A DNA stretch of 64,000 nt, taken from the IMG/VR virus record IMGVR_UViG_3300032007_000002, one strand, 5' to 3'. Source of the DNA: a virus (taxonomy: Duplodnaviria > Heunggongvirae > Uroviricota > Caudoviricetes). The notes beneath the pieces are model-generated. The model searched no databases. It had not been told where the DNA came from and saw nothing but the letters and a program-made list of their open reading frames with translations. Both the position numbers and the translations under genes were made by a program. Shown here piece by piece: positions 37,631-47,228 of the stretch; position 1 is the stretch's first letter, and each line of letters opens with the position of its first letter.

Positions 37631-39439
37631 TTACTGCATCTGGCCGGGGAACGGAGTATCGACCCCGAGCGTAGCATGCTTTATGGGAAGATTATACGGA
37701 GGATCCTGTTCCGGCTTCGGCATGTTGTTCCAGAAGCCAGGCTGCCCGCCGCTCCCATCGTCAAGGAAGTTGGTATGGGATGCCGCGTTACGCTGCTCGA
37801 TGACAGTGAAGGTTTCCATCAGCATCTCCGGCGTGTAGGTCCCGGCAAACGTACCGTCGATTGCCACATGCGAGAAGATGTTGTAGATGTCCGCCGGGGT
37901 AAAGTTGCGGGCGATGATGGCATCCTTCACACCGTCGAACTCCGGCGCAGTAAAGTCAGTCTTCGACTGCCCATTCACTGCGGCATCATACGTCGGAAGC
38001 AGGTAGTTGAGCTGTTCCCGGGTAAGTTTGCCAATCGTTTCCACTTCGTCAATGCGGCCGCTGCGGCGGATGATGGTGCTGTTTACCACGCTCGGGTCGT
38101 TCATCGTGCAGCAGAACAGGTACGACACCCCGTCGCTAGTATGGAGCTCGTTCAGACGGTCAAACACCTCGATCCACTTGGAAATGTGGCGGTCCTTCGC
38201 ATTGTCCTTCTTGACCCATCCGTCAAGGTCGTCGCAGAGAATAATCACGTTGCGCATCACGCGGATGAACTCGTACATGTTGCGGAGCGCCTGGGGGCGG
38301 TCCAACATGTCCGGTTCCAGGCGGATTGTCATGTATTCCGGGAAACGGTCGGAAATCTGGCGCATAAGCGTGCTCTTGCCGCAGCCAGGACTGCCGACGA
38401 AGCAGATACCACGATGCAGGCCCTTGTCGAACATCGTCCTGAAGGACTTGACATAGGCACCGAACTTTTCCGGCAGCGGCTTGTAATCGACAACTGCGCG
38501 TTTCTGCGGGTTCAGCGCACCGTTTTCCGTAAACGAATACACGAACTTCTTGGTGTCGAGGAACTTGCGGGTAATGCTCATCATGATCGTGCCCGGCAGG
38601 TCTTCGGGGAGTTTCTCCTCGCCCATGTTGGCAATGATTACCGAAATGGGACGCGGTTCGTTCATGCCGTTCCGCATGATCTCGGCCTGCTGCATCATAC
38701 GGTTGTATTCTTCGGTTCCCGGTGCAGGCGGGTTCGATGACTCGTAGTGAACCGGGGAATCAAGACTCATCACGAACGCGATGAAACTGTCGCCAACCTG
38801 GACACATACATACGGGTCGAACGAACCTTCGTATTCGCGCTTCGACGTAATCCTGAGCAAAGCCGAGTTCACCGGAATGCATTCCTCGATGTTTGTCGCC
38901 ACGGGGCGGACCTTATAAGTCTTCCCGTTATGGACTACATCCATCGGGACATCGGAATCGCCAAACCTGAACAGGAAATTCTTCTCGCGAGAGCTTGCCG
39001 CCACGATTGAGCGGGACACCAGATTGATTTTCGTGATGGGGATATTTTCATACTTGGTCCCGACAAGATCAGTATGCTGGATATTATACCACACTCGCTG
39101 GTTCGGCGTGCTGGAGAACGAGAACAGCTTATCGACACCGCGGGCAATGGTATATTCGGCGAGGACGTTCCGGGCGCACGAAAGATATGCCGCGATGACC
39201 GGGTGCCCGCTACGGGCGGCAATCGTGCACATGACATGGGACACGGAAAGGAGAGCACATGTACCGCGATACCCCATTGCTGCGCTGCTGGTGTCGGCAG
39301 TCACAAGCGCCTTTGCCGCGCGTTTGAGATTGTCCTTGACCGACAGACGACGGCTGAACTTCGGCATGCCGAGTGTGCTTACTATCCTGTCGATGTCAAA
39401 GATAAGGTTCGTTGCGGAGGCTTCGTCATACTTCATCAT
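37631..39439 (-). CDS. AAA+ ATPase
   Basis: GSPGCGKS, ILCDDLD, TMND, IRRSGRID. Confidence 0.85.
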   Translation of the reverse strand: MMKYDEASATNLIFDIDRIVSTLGMPKFSRRLSVKDNLKRAAKALVTADTSSAAMGYRGTCALLSVSHVMCTIAARSGHPVIAAYLSCARNVLAEYTIARGVDKLFSFSSTPNQRVWYNIQHTDLVGTKYENIPITKINLVSRSIVAASSREKNFLFRFGDSDVPMDVVHNGKTYKVRPVATNIEECIPVNSALLRITSKREYEGSFDPYVCVQVGDSFIAFVMSLDSPVHYESSNPPAPGTEEYNRMMQQAEIMRNGMNEPRPISVIIANMGEEKLPEDLPGTIMMSITRKFLDTKKFVYSFTENGALNPQKRAVVDYKPLPEKFGAYVKSFRTMFDKGLHRGICFVGSPGCGKSTLMRQISDRFPEYMTIRLEPDMLDRPQALRNMYEFIRVMRNVIILCDDLDGWVKKDNAKDRHISKWIEVFDRLNELHTSDGVSYLFCCTMNDPSVVNSTIIRRSGRIDEVETIGKLTREQLNYLLPTYDAAVNGQSKTDFTAPEFDGVKDAIIARNFTPADIYNIFSHVAIDGTFAGTYTPEMLMETFTVIEQRNAASHTNFLDDGSGGQPGFWNNMPKPEQDPPYNLPIKHATLGVDTPFPGQMQ

Positions 39440-39546
39440 ACGATGTCCCCCCTGAACTTGCGCACCAGGTTATAGATGAAACGCCCCGCGAAAAACGCGA
39501 TTGCGACGAGCTGGATGCAGTTGATGATTTTCTGATGTGTTTTCAT
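39427..39546 (-). CDS. 39-aa membrane peptide overlapping the AAA ATPase start
   Basis: MKTHQKIINCIQLVAIAFFAGRFIYNLVRKFRGTSYDEV; AAGGG upstream. Confidence 0.5.
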
Positions 39547-39564
39547 GTCAAACCCTTGAAAATG

Positions 39565-39857
39565 CAGTCGCTTCGGTTCCCCGCTACCATATCCAACGGG
39601 ACCCGCATTTGGCTTCCGGTCTAGTCGGGCATCGCACGGACCAAGCAGTATAGGGAGTGACTGTTGCGAACGTTGTAACTTTAAGAACTTTACGAACGCC
39701 CTCGGAACACTTTCCTGTCGCCGTGCCGTACCTGAGCTGAACGGAACTAGCCGGACCGGTCGACACCAAATTTCCTCGTAGCGTTTTGCACATACCGTGC
39801 AGCAACGATCTTCTTTGGCGTGCGACGTGGTGGCATTGACCGGAGCCGTTGCGACCG
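39565..39857 (-). ncRNA. Candidate structured noncoding RNA
   Basis: Four nested long-range helices close the whole intergenic region (see findings). Confidence 0.5.
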
Positions 39858-40427
39858 TTAATTAGTGGCTTCTTCCTTCCCCAGACCGATCTTCTTGGCG
39901 ATTTCTTCATCGAGCGGGAACTGCACAACGGTTTCCGCATTATATGCAGAAAGGGCGTCTTCGAGCGTGTTCTTCTGGTTGATGTCTGTCATGATACGCT
40001 TTTCGAGGAACTCCGTGGACGGAGCGGTGCGCTGGAGCTGCGTAATGATGTAGTTGCCATGAACCTGGTCAAGGACACGTTCGGAAGTCTTGGCGTCCTT
40101 TGCTCGGGTAAGCATGCTCTGTTCGATGCGGAGGGCAGCGTCAACGCGGGCGATGTCGGCAAGAAGGTGCTGGCCCTTGCCGTTCACGTCCTCGATTGCC
40201 TTCACGATAATCGACTTGGCGTAAAGAAGCGCGTCATAGAACGCAAATTCTTCCTCGATACTGGACTTGTTGAGACGTCCATTGACATCGGCAACGGCTT
40301 CGTCATAAGCATAGGTAGGGAACTTGATGAGCAAGTCCTCTTCCTTGCGGATTAGGTCGCAGAGCTTCTTGCGGATGCTGAACGCCTTGGCAAGGCTCAC
40401 GCTATGGATAGTGGTTTCATTGGCCAT
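39858..40427 (-). CDS. DIP1984-like coiled-coil protein
   Basis: SLAKAFSIRKKL start and LSAYNAETVV end resemble the DIP1984 family pattern; early motif upstream. Confidence 0.55.
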   Translation of the reverse strand: MANETTIHSVSLAKAFSIRKKLCDLIRKEEDLLIKFPTYAYDEAVADVNGRLNKSSIEEEFAFYDALLYAKSIIVKAIEDVNGKGQHLLADIARVDAALRIEQSMLTRAKDAKTSERVLDQVHGNYIITQLQRTAPSTEFLEKRIMTDINQKNTLEDALSAYNAETVVQFPLDEEIAKKIGLGKEEATN

Positions 40428-40459
40428 AATTTTACCTCTGCGGTAAAATATAGCAAAAA

Positions 40460-40741
40460 TCACCGCGCGTATTTCAGTTTGCAGTACAAAAGGATAGAAA
40501 GGAGGGTAGTCGCAATCCCGTAGTTGAAATACAGGGGCAGGTGCAGAGTGCCGTTCACGACGTCGCCGTATGCGACATATTCGGCAGTAGCGAGGTTCCC
40601 GACATAGGACAGGGCCAGGAAACCCCAGGAAAGCTGGCTCGCGTCCTTGGCACGGAGACAGGCGATAACCTGGGGCAGGAGACATACGGCAAATGCGACT
40701 GAACCGCAAATGCCGGAGAAATTGGAGAACAGTTCGAGCAT
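40460..40741 (-). CDS. PQ-loop/SemiSWEET-family membrane protein
   Basis: Three TM helices; LLPQVI...KDASQLS; LPLYFNY. Confidence 0.85.
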   Translation of the reverse strand: MLELFSNFSGICGSVAFAVCLLPQVIACLRAKDASQLSWGFLALSYVGNLATAEYVAYGDVVNGTLHLPLYFNYGIATTLLSILLYCKLKYAR

Positions 40742-40796
40742 AGTCCAAATATAGAAAAATGGACCGGGACCCGGTCCATCTTTGGCTGGAATGTTG

Positions 40797-41555
40797 TTAG
40801 GAAAGGTCCGTCATCATCATGGCGCCAGGCGCCTGTTCAAGCATCAGGTCGAAGAACTTGTCGAAGCGCTTTTCAGCCCTGTCGTAAATTCCCTTGCCGT
40901 CAATCTTGACACCGCCAGGCATCGTGAAGTCGTCCTTGCTGAGGATTTCGCCCAGCTGCATCTGCGCCTTTGCCACGCACATTTCGCGGAAGTACGGGTT
41001 GCAGAAGATTTCGGACATCTTCGCCTTCATGAACACCTTCGCAATGGCCTTCCTCGGGGCTTTCGGGGTCGGGTAGATGCGGACGATGTGTTCCGTCGGG
41101 TAGAAGTGGATGTCATACTGCGTGCCGATAATCTTCTTGTAATCCTGCAACGTCCGAAGCGAATTGGCATAGGTGACAAGGTCGAACTGGCCGAAATTTC
41201 CGATCGTCGCCCCGCCGACGGCCATTAGCGATTCGCCCGGTCCGACGTCCCACGCCATCATCGGGGAGAAGGTGTTACCGTATGACGGGCTGATGTCGAT
41301 GAACTGCATGCACTCGTCCGGGACACGGTATTCCATCACGCCCGGTTCGAGGTGGATGACGAGAATGTCCTGGTAAGAGGATTCATCGACGCTGGATTTC
41401 CAGAAGAAGTCAAGACAGTCCTGGATGGCCATGTGGATATGGCCCAGGCCGTTGTCTTCGTCGACCACCATTTCAATGTCCGTCAACGGGGCACCGAGAC
41501 GGCGCTTGACCCAGGTCGCCATGTCGTCGCGTGTCATCAAACGTCCGCTACTCAT
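40797..41555 (-). CDS. Neck protein (T4 gp13-like)
   Basis: VKRRLGAPL, QLGEILSK, MPGGVKIDG. Confidence 0.88.
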   Translation of the reverse strand: MSSGRLMTRDDMATWVKRRLGAPLTDIEMVVDEDNGLGHIHMAIQDCLDFFWKSSVDESSYQDILVIHLEPGVMEYRVPDECMQFIDISPSYGNTFSPMMAWDVGPGESLMAVGGATIGNFGQFDLVTYANSLRTLQDYKKIIGTQYDIHFYPTEHIVRIYPTPKAPRKAIAKVFMKAKMSEIFCNPYFREMCVAKAQMQLGEILSKDDFTMPGGVKIDGKGIYDRAEKRFDKFFDLMLEQAPGAMMMTDLS

Positions 41556-41558
41556 AGG

Positions 41559-42056
41559 TTATCCCTCGAAGCGCTTGTACTTGTAGATGATTGTGCCCAT
41601 CTTCTCGTCGAAGTCGGAGAAGATGTTGCCGATTCCGCCGAACTTCGCGAGGTCCGGGTGCTCGGTGAACGCGTCGTCCATGCCCTTGAGGATGGTCTCC
41701 ATGCGGGAAAGGATGGTCTCCTTGCCCGGGGCCCATTCCTTGCGGTCTGTCCCGAAATTGCCTTCCGGGACGAACGAGCCGACATCGGAAATGGACAGGT
41801 AACGCTCGGCGAGCCTGTCGGACGTGTCACGCATGAGGTCATAGACCTCGCCCATCAGTTCGTGCTCGAAATTGTTCTTCGCGTTCCAGTGATATACATG
41901 GAACTCGTTGGCATACCCGAGCAAGTCGCATGCGGCGTTTTTCAGGACGTCCGTATCGCTGGTCTTGGGGGCGCCTTCGGCACTTTCGGTCATCGGGACC
42001 GCATGTCCGCCGAGACGGGCCAGCCCGCGATCCATCTTTTCAAAGTTGTTGTCCAT
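41559..42056 (-). CDS. Ferritin/Dps-like protein
   Basis: HVYHWNAK...EHELMGEVYD...DRLAE. Confidence 0.7.
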   Translation of the reverse strand: MDNNFEKMDRGLARLGGHAVPMTESAEGAPKTSDTDVLKNAACDLLGYANEFHVYHWNAKNNFEHELMGEVYDLMRDTSDRLAERYLSISDVGSFVPEGNFGTDRKEWAPGKETILSRMETILKGMDDAFTEHPDLAKFGGIGNIFSDFDEKMGTIIYKYKRFEG

Positions 42057-42222
42057 TTTTTCTTTCGTACTCCTCTCGGAAAACTTTTGCGTATTTCGCC
42101 ACCCAATCCCTGGCAGCGGCCTCGCCGAGGTCCCGTCCCGCTTTCTCGGATTCAATCCACTTGTACCGCTCGATTTCCTCTCGCTGGGCATCAAGGAACT
42201 TCTTCATCTTCTCGCGATTCAC
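42040..42222 (-). CDS. Small conserved protein (DUF4032-like)
   Basis: EIERYKWIESEKAGRDLG..AARDW. Confidence 0.7.
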   Translation of the reverse strand: MNREKMKKFLDAQREEIERYKWIESEKAGRDLGEAAARDWVAKYAKVFREEYERKNGQQL

Positions 42223-42245
42223 GGGGACCCCCGTCGCTGGCTACG

Positions 42246-42848
42246 TTACTGCATGCTTTCCACGAGACCGCCAATCGGGTTGGTAGCCTCGGCAGCCTGC
42301 TTGGCCTTGCGGCTCTTCTTGGTAGTGACCTTGGCCGGTGCCTCGGTAACTACCGTTTCCGGTTCAGCCGGGGCTTCGACAGCGGGCGCTTCCTCGGTCG
42401 TGGCTTCGGGTTCGGCAGCCACACCCATGCTCACCTGGGCGGTACCGCCCTGGTCGGTGCCGCTGAAGAACATCGGCCCGAAATCGACGTTGATGCCGAA
42501 CTTCTTGATGGCTTCGGCATCGCCGGCTTCAAGGGCCTTCATGAACTCCTGGTAGTCGGCAGTTTCGGCAACGACGCTGAAAGAGCTGGCTGTCGGCTTC
42601 TTGCTCTCCTGCTGGTGGGCCATCATCGCGGCAATGCGTTCATTTTCGTTTGCCGCTCCGGTCGGCTTCACGACAGGCGCCGGTGCGACGACCTGGCGCT
42701 TCGCTGCGCTCTGTGCGGCGAGAAGGCGGGAGATTGCGGCCGGTGCATCGGATGCTGCCGCCTTGCGGGTAATCACCGGGGCGACGGATGTGCGCCCGCG
42801 GCTCTTGGAACGGGCCTGGATGGCAAGGAGTGTAGATTCTACGGTCAT
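42246..42848 (-). CDS. Hypothetical Ala-rich late protein
   Basis: Late motif at 42887; codon bias. Confidence 0.7.
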   Translation of the reverse strand: MTVESTLLAIQARSKSRGRTSVAPVITRKAAASDAPAAISRLLAAQSAAKRQVVAPAPVVKPTGAANENERIAAMMAHQQESKKPTASSFSVVAETADYQEFMKALEAGDAEAIKKFGINVDFGPMFFSGTDQGGTAQVSMGVAAEPEATTEEAPAVEAPAEPETVVTEAPAKVTTKKSRKAKQAAEATNPIGGLVESMQ

Positions 42849-42904
42849 TTGGTTATTCCGGTTAAGTGTTAAACAGTAATATCCTACAGTTTATAGCAAG
42901 GCGG

Positions 42905-43351
42905 CTAGGCCATCACGGACCGCACCATGCCGTCAACGCGGCTGTTCGCTGCCTTGAAAATCCCCATCGGGTCGGAATCGTCGTCATCGGAACTGTCGTT
43001 GCCGACATATTCCTCGGGCTGTTCCTTCGCAAGCTGTGCGCGGATAAACGCGGGATCGTAGGCGCCCGGGCCGGTGAATTTCCGATACCCGCCTTCCTGC
43101 CCGCCCGAGTTCATCGTGTCGAACATGGCATCGAATACGTTATCAGATGCTTCCGGCTCCTTCCCCGGGGTCTCGATGCGGTCATTCTCGTATTGACGGT
43201 CCTCGATAAACGCCTGCATCATCTGGTCGGGCGTATGGGGCTTCGGCATCACGAACTCGGGACGTTTCGGGGCGGGAACGGACGCTGCCGCAATCCGTTT
43301 TTCCATCACCGCCTTCTGGTGGGCAAACATACGCGCTATACTAGGATCCAT
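42905..43351 (-). CDS. Hypothetical protein
   Basis: Overlaps the end of the gp15-like gene. Confidence 0.65.
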   Translation of the reverse strand: MDPSIARMFAHQKAVMEKRIAAASVPAPKRPEFVMPKPHTPDQMMQAFIEDRQYENDRIETPGKEPEASDNVFDAMFDTMNSGGQEGGYRKFTGPGAYDPAFIRAQLAKEQPEEYVGNDSSDDDDSDPMGIFKAANSRVDGMVRSVMA

Positions 43352-44981
43352 CGGTAACCTCGAACGTGTTCACGGCAACCATCGTGTCGGAGAAGTTTGT
43401 CTTGACGCCGAACGCTCCGTTCTCGCCGTGGTTGTAGAGCACAAAATAGAACGAATAGATGGTTTCCGTGTCGAAGTCGTATTCGTCCGTCCTGAACGTC
43501 TTGTGCATGGTTGCGGTATGGAACGTGAAGTAGAGACGGTTGTCCATCACGCCCCAGTCGAACCAGACGGTACCCTTCGGGATTACCGTGCCGTCGTGGG
43601 CGGTGGTGTCCTCCGGGTTGTAGAGATACTGGAAGACCGTATCGCCGAGTTCCTTGAACTGCAACGTGGCCTTGAACGTATATGAGGACTCGATGAGCCC
43701 GCCCTCATTATCGCCGAACCAGTCAAGTATCTGCGACCATTCCTTGCGCTCGCCGGCGACGCCGGTATTCTGCAGTCCGTCCGAAGCGTACCCGCCCGGG
43801 GCGTATGAGCCGTTTCCGGGAGGGATGGACGGGACGAACTCGCGGCTTGCCGCATTGATTGCGACGAAGTCACGGCCCATGCCGCTAAAATCCTTCGCGA
43901 CATCGGAATCGTCATCGAACGTAAGGTGGAGAAGGTCAAATTCCGGGACCTCGGTAGGCCGGGCGACATCATCGACCACCACCTCGGTAAAGTCATAAAT
44001 CGGGATGCGGTCGCCATTCTCGTCAAGGACATACTTGCCGTTATCGTCAACCTCGTACCCGACCAGCTGCGGGTTATACCCGTTCTGCGGGTTCCCGTTC
44101 TCGTCGAGGCCAAGGACCTGTGGGGCGGTGAGGAAGATGCGGCGGAGCGTCACGTCCTTCCAATATTCCTCGTTGTCGTCGGCATACTGCTTGACGAGCG
44201 TCCTCGTAAACGTCTTCAACAGTGAATAGCCTTCGCGGCGGGACGGTTCCACGGTTTCCCACAGCTGCTTCTTCTGCTGCGCAATCGCGTCCGGGTAAAC
44301 GAACACCTGCAGGCTGTCGATTAGGCGCTCGTCGATGTTGAAGTCCATCTGCGCATAACGGATCATTTCCGGCAGCTCGTAGGGACGGTGATAGACGCCG
44401 TGCGCCTCGATATTGTATTTCGCATGGTAGAACTGGTATTCGTTGGAATTCAGTTCCTTCTCGTCGTCAATCTGGTCGCCCGGAACGCCAATCGTGAAAG
44501 GAATTTGGCGTTCGAGCTTGGGAGCGAAATCGAACTCCTTGATGCGCAGGGTGCGGTAAGTGTTGAAATACGGTTCGATGTTTTCCTTCACCTGCCGGAA
44601 GTCGGACAGGTTGTCGCAGAGGATTTCCAGCTCGAACTTGAAGATGTAGGGCGTCGGCTGGATGTCTTGAATCCACCGGTTCAGCGGCTCGTAGAAAATC
44701 CTGCGGGTATAGGTCGGCTGCACGCGGCGTGCATCGTCGGGAGCGGTTCCCGTGCAGCGGAGACCCGCGACGGGAATTGGCTGGGCGACCTGCTTCGCGC
44801 GGACCGTAGTTACCCAGTTCGCAAAGTCGTCATTCGTGTGGGTGACAATCGGGATGCGCACGGTACGGTCATAAATCTGCCGCTTCGTATCCTTGTACTT
44901 GTTCACACGGAGATTGTTGAACACGTCAAGGAGGGCTATCTCAATCTTCTCGATTTCCCTTACGTAGTAGTATGGCGTCAT
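43341..44981 (-). CDS. Tail sheath stabiliser/terminator (T4 gp15-like) with C-terminal extension
   Basis: YYY..IEK...DVFNNL, RIPI, PTPYIFKFEL, QVKENIEPYF. Confidence 0.8.
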   Translation of the reverse strand: MTPYYYVREIEKIEIALLDVFNNLRVNKYKDTKRQIYDRTVRIPIVTHTNDDFANWVTTVRAKQVAQPIPVAGLRCTGTAPDDARRVQPTYTRRIFYEPLNRWIQDIQPTPYIFKFELEILCDNLSDFRQVKENIEPYFNTYRTLRIKEFDFAPKLERQIPFTIGVPGDQIDDEKELNSNEYQFYHAKYNIEAHGVYHRPYELPEMIRYAQMDFNIDERLIDSLQVFVYPDAIAQQKKQLWETVEPSRREGYSLLKTFTRTLVKQYADDNEEYWKDVTLRRIFLTAPQVLGLDENGNPQNGYNPQLVGYEVDDNGKYVLDENGDRIPIYDFTEVVVDDVARPTEVPEFDLLHLTFDDDSDVAKDFSGMGRDFVAINAASREFVPSIPPGNGSYAPGGYASDGLQNTGVAGERKEWSQILDWFGDNEGGLIESSYTFKATLQFKELGDTVFQYLYNPEDTTAHDGTVIPKGTVWFDWGVMDNRLYFTFHTATMHKTFRTDEYDFDTETIYSFYFVLYNHGENGAFGVKTNFSDTMVAVNTFEVTDGS

Positions 44982-44993
44982 CCCGACCCCCGG

Positions 44994-45278
44994 TTATTCC
45001 TTCGCCGGAAGAACGATGTTCGCGTATGTTTCCAGACCGCGGAGCGCGTAGTCGCGTTCCGAACCGGATGCGCTCTCTACAATGCCGGCGAGCTTGCCGA
45101 TAAACGCGCCCCTGTCTTCGCCGCACTGACTTTCGAGGAAGTTGATTGCCTCAACGCGGTTCCTGTCGGCCGTCTCGCAGACGACGAACGCGTCGGCAAC
45201 ACACTCGGTCAGCGCCGGACCCTTCTCGCGCATAATCTCGCCGAGGTCGTCGATAAACTTTTGCTTCGGATCATCCAT
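44994..45278 (-). CDS. Hypothetical late protein
   Basis: Late motif at 45306. Confidence 0.6.
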   Translation of the reverse strand: MDDPKQKFIDDLGEIMREKGPALTECVADAFVVCETADRNRVEAINFLESQCGEDRGAFIGKLAGIVESASGSERDYALRGLETYANIVLPAKE

Positions 45279-45390
45279 ATTGTAACCGGCTGTTTCCTTT
45301 CCGTCTAGTTTATAGTTTTCCGGTGGTTTCAAAACGAAACAAGGCCGGCGGAATTACCCGCCGGCCCCTAACCAATCAGGATCGCACTCG

Positions 45391-45786
45391 CTATGCGATA
45401 GTCAGCTTCCGCGGCTCGGCAGAGACCTTGTTCGGGATGCTGATGGTGAGCAAGCCGTCCTTGTAGGCAAGCTCCGCCTTTTCGCAGTCGAACTCGTCCC
45501 TGACCTCAAAGTCGAGGGTGTAGGTCAACTTCTGGCCGAACACGTCGCGAGGGGCGCTCAGCTTGAAATTGTTGCCTTCGAACGTGCAGGAAATCGCTTC
45601 CTTGGCCACGCCCGGGAGCTCAACGACGATTGTCGCGCCCTTGTCCTTGTCAACATGGCTGTAATTGGACGGGATTGCCTCCGTGGCAACCTTCACGTCC
45701 TTGTTCTGGTCAGACGCGTCGGCAAGCATGTTAATGACGTTGTTGAAGAAGTTGAAACCGAAATTGGAGTTGAACGGTTGAATCAT
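45391..45786 (-). CDS. Hsp20/alpha-crystallin small heat-shock protein
   Basis: VELPGVAKE...AYKDGLLTISIP...RKLTI. Confidence 0.88.
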   Translation of the reverse strand: MIQPFNSNFGFNFFNNVINMLADASDQNKDVKVATEAIPSNYSHVDKDKGATIVVELPGVAKEAISCTFEGNNFKLSAPRDVFGQKLTYTLDFEVRDEFDCEKAELAYKDGLLTISIPNKVSAEPRKLTIA

Positions 45787-45828
45787 AGTTGTTGTTTCCT
45801 CTTGTTGATTTTTGTTCTGCACCCTACT

Positions 45829-45844
45829 AGCAAAAACCGTGCCA
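45829..45844 (-). promoter_or_regulatory. Sigma54-type -24/-12 promoter of hsp20
   Basis: TGGCACGGTTTTTGCT matches TGGCAC-N5-TTGCW exactly. Confidence 0.7.
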
Positions 45845-45919
45845 AAACGAAAGACCCGTGCCTTGCGGCACGGGCCAGGTGAGGTACAAGCCAAAGGAGA
45901 TTAAAACGCTAACCTCACC

Positions 45920-46405
45920 TTATCGCAACTTGATCTGGTCCTTGTAGTCTTCCTGAGTGATGGGAGCGGTGCCGTAGGACGTGGCCGTCGTGCAGATGGT
46001 GTAGCCGTTCTTCTTGAAGTAGTCCAGCATGGCGTTCTTGTCGATTTCCGTCTTGGACTCGGCTTCCTTCCTGTCATTCTCGGCAGACTTCCCGTTGGGG
46101 TTGTCCTTGAAGTCATACTCCATGCGGTTGTAGTTCTTTTCGCCACGACCCGGAGTATTCATCCAGTAGTTTTCCTCGATAAAGTCCTCCTGCGCCTTGG
46201 AGAGAAGCCCGTTGGTGTGGAGCTTCTGCTGCTTGTAGGCACGGTTGAGGAACTTGTCGGCCTTGCCGCTCTTGATGTCCCCCACGGTAGGGAACACGTC
46301 CTGGCAAGCGACAAAGATGTCGCGCTTCCAGCTGTTCTGCTGGTTGAAATTGTAGCCCATCATGTTCAGGACATTTCCAGGATTGATATTGAGCGCCATC
46401 GCCAC
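45920..46405 (-). CDS. Hypothetical late protein
   Basis: GGAG RBS; late motif at 46427. Confidence 0.7.
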   Translation of the reverse strand: MAMALNINPGNVLNMMGYNFNQQNSWKRDIFVACQDVFPTVGDIKSGKADKFLNRAYKQQKLHTNGLLSKAQEDFIEENYWMNTPGRGEKNYNRMEYDFKDNPNGKSAENDRKEAESKTEIDKNAMLDYFKKNGYTICTTATSYGTAPITQEDYKDQIKLR

Positions 46406-46425
46406 TCTCCGTAGGTTTTACGGAA

Positions 46426-47187
46426 TCAGTTTATAGATCTGTGCCGCGCATCCCGGACGAGGTCGTCCAGTTCGGCATGTTCCTTGCCGAAATCCGGGCT
46501 TTCGATGTTGTCCGGGTCATGCTTCTTGTCCGGGAAGGCCGCTTCGAGCACGCCGACAGCATTGTCGATTTCTCCCATGGAGCCGACTTCGGCCACGGCA
46601 GCGCTCTTCTTCTTTTCGGAATCTTCCTTCACCACGCCGGCATACTGGTCCAGTGACGAGCAGGTGGACAGCAGGTTGTCGTTGAGGCTCGTGAACTTCA
46701 TGCGGGCAGCCTGCTTCTTCTTCTTTTCCTTGATGGCCACGAAGGCCCAGGTGGCGGCGTTCGCAAGGTAGTAGTAAGGGTCGCACTTGCCGTTCTTCGA
46801 CTTCGCCTTCATCTTCTCGGGGTCGTAGTTGTGGCAATAGAGGATCATGTTCTCGATTGCGTAAGCCTCCATTTCCTCCTTCCAGTCGGCGGAGTAGGAG
46901 TGCCAACGGCCGTCGCAGATGGTCTTGGTAACGACAATCTGGATAATCTCCCCGAGCCAGCGGTTGACGGGGGCGGTCTGCAGTGCGTAAAAATTCGGGT
47001 TCGGGTTGCCCATCGCGACCGCCTTCTGGTAGGCGGCATTGTGGTCGGCCTTGTGTTCAAGGAGCAACCTGTTCAAGTAATTCGGGTCGATATGACCATA
47101 AATCATCGACTGGCGGGTCTGGTGCCCGTCCTTGTCGAACTCGGGTTCCATCTCGACTTGTACAGACTTTTCGCTATTCTTGGCCAT
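46426..47187 (-). CDS. Late-transcription sigma factor (T4 gp55-like)
   Basis: WHSYSADWKEEM...AIENMILYCHNYDPEK...DPYYYL...AFV parallels gp55. Confidence 0.82.
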   Translation of the reverse strand: MAKNSEKSVQVEMEPEFDKDGHQTRQSMIYGHIDPNYLNRLLLEHKADHNAAYQKAVAMGNPNPNFYALQTAPVNRWLGEIIQIVVTKTICDGRWHSYSADWKEEMEAYAIENMILYCHNYDPEKMKAKSKNGKCDPYYYLANAATWAFVAIKEKKKKQAARMKFTSLNDNLLSTCSSLDQYAGVVKEDSEKKKSAAVAEVGSMGEIDNAVGVLEAAFPDKKHDPDNIESPDFGKEHAELDDLVRDARHRSIN

Positions 47188-47228
47188 AATTGGTGGTCCT
47201 TGTTGCTGCATGAAAACTAGGTTTTAGC

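Noticed and set aside
39858-40748. 296-aa ORF as given in the track
   Set aside because: Its N-terminal third overlaps the PQ-loop gene; the promoter motif and RBS place the real start at 40427.
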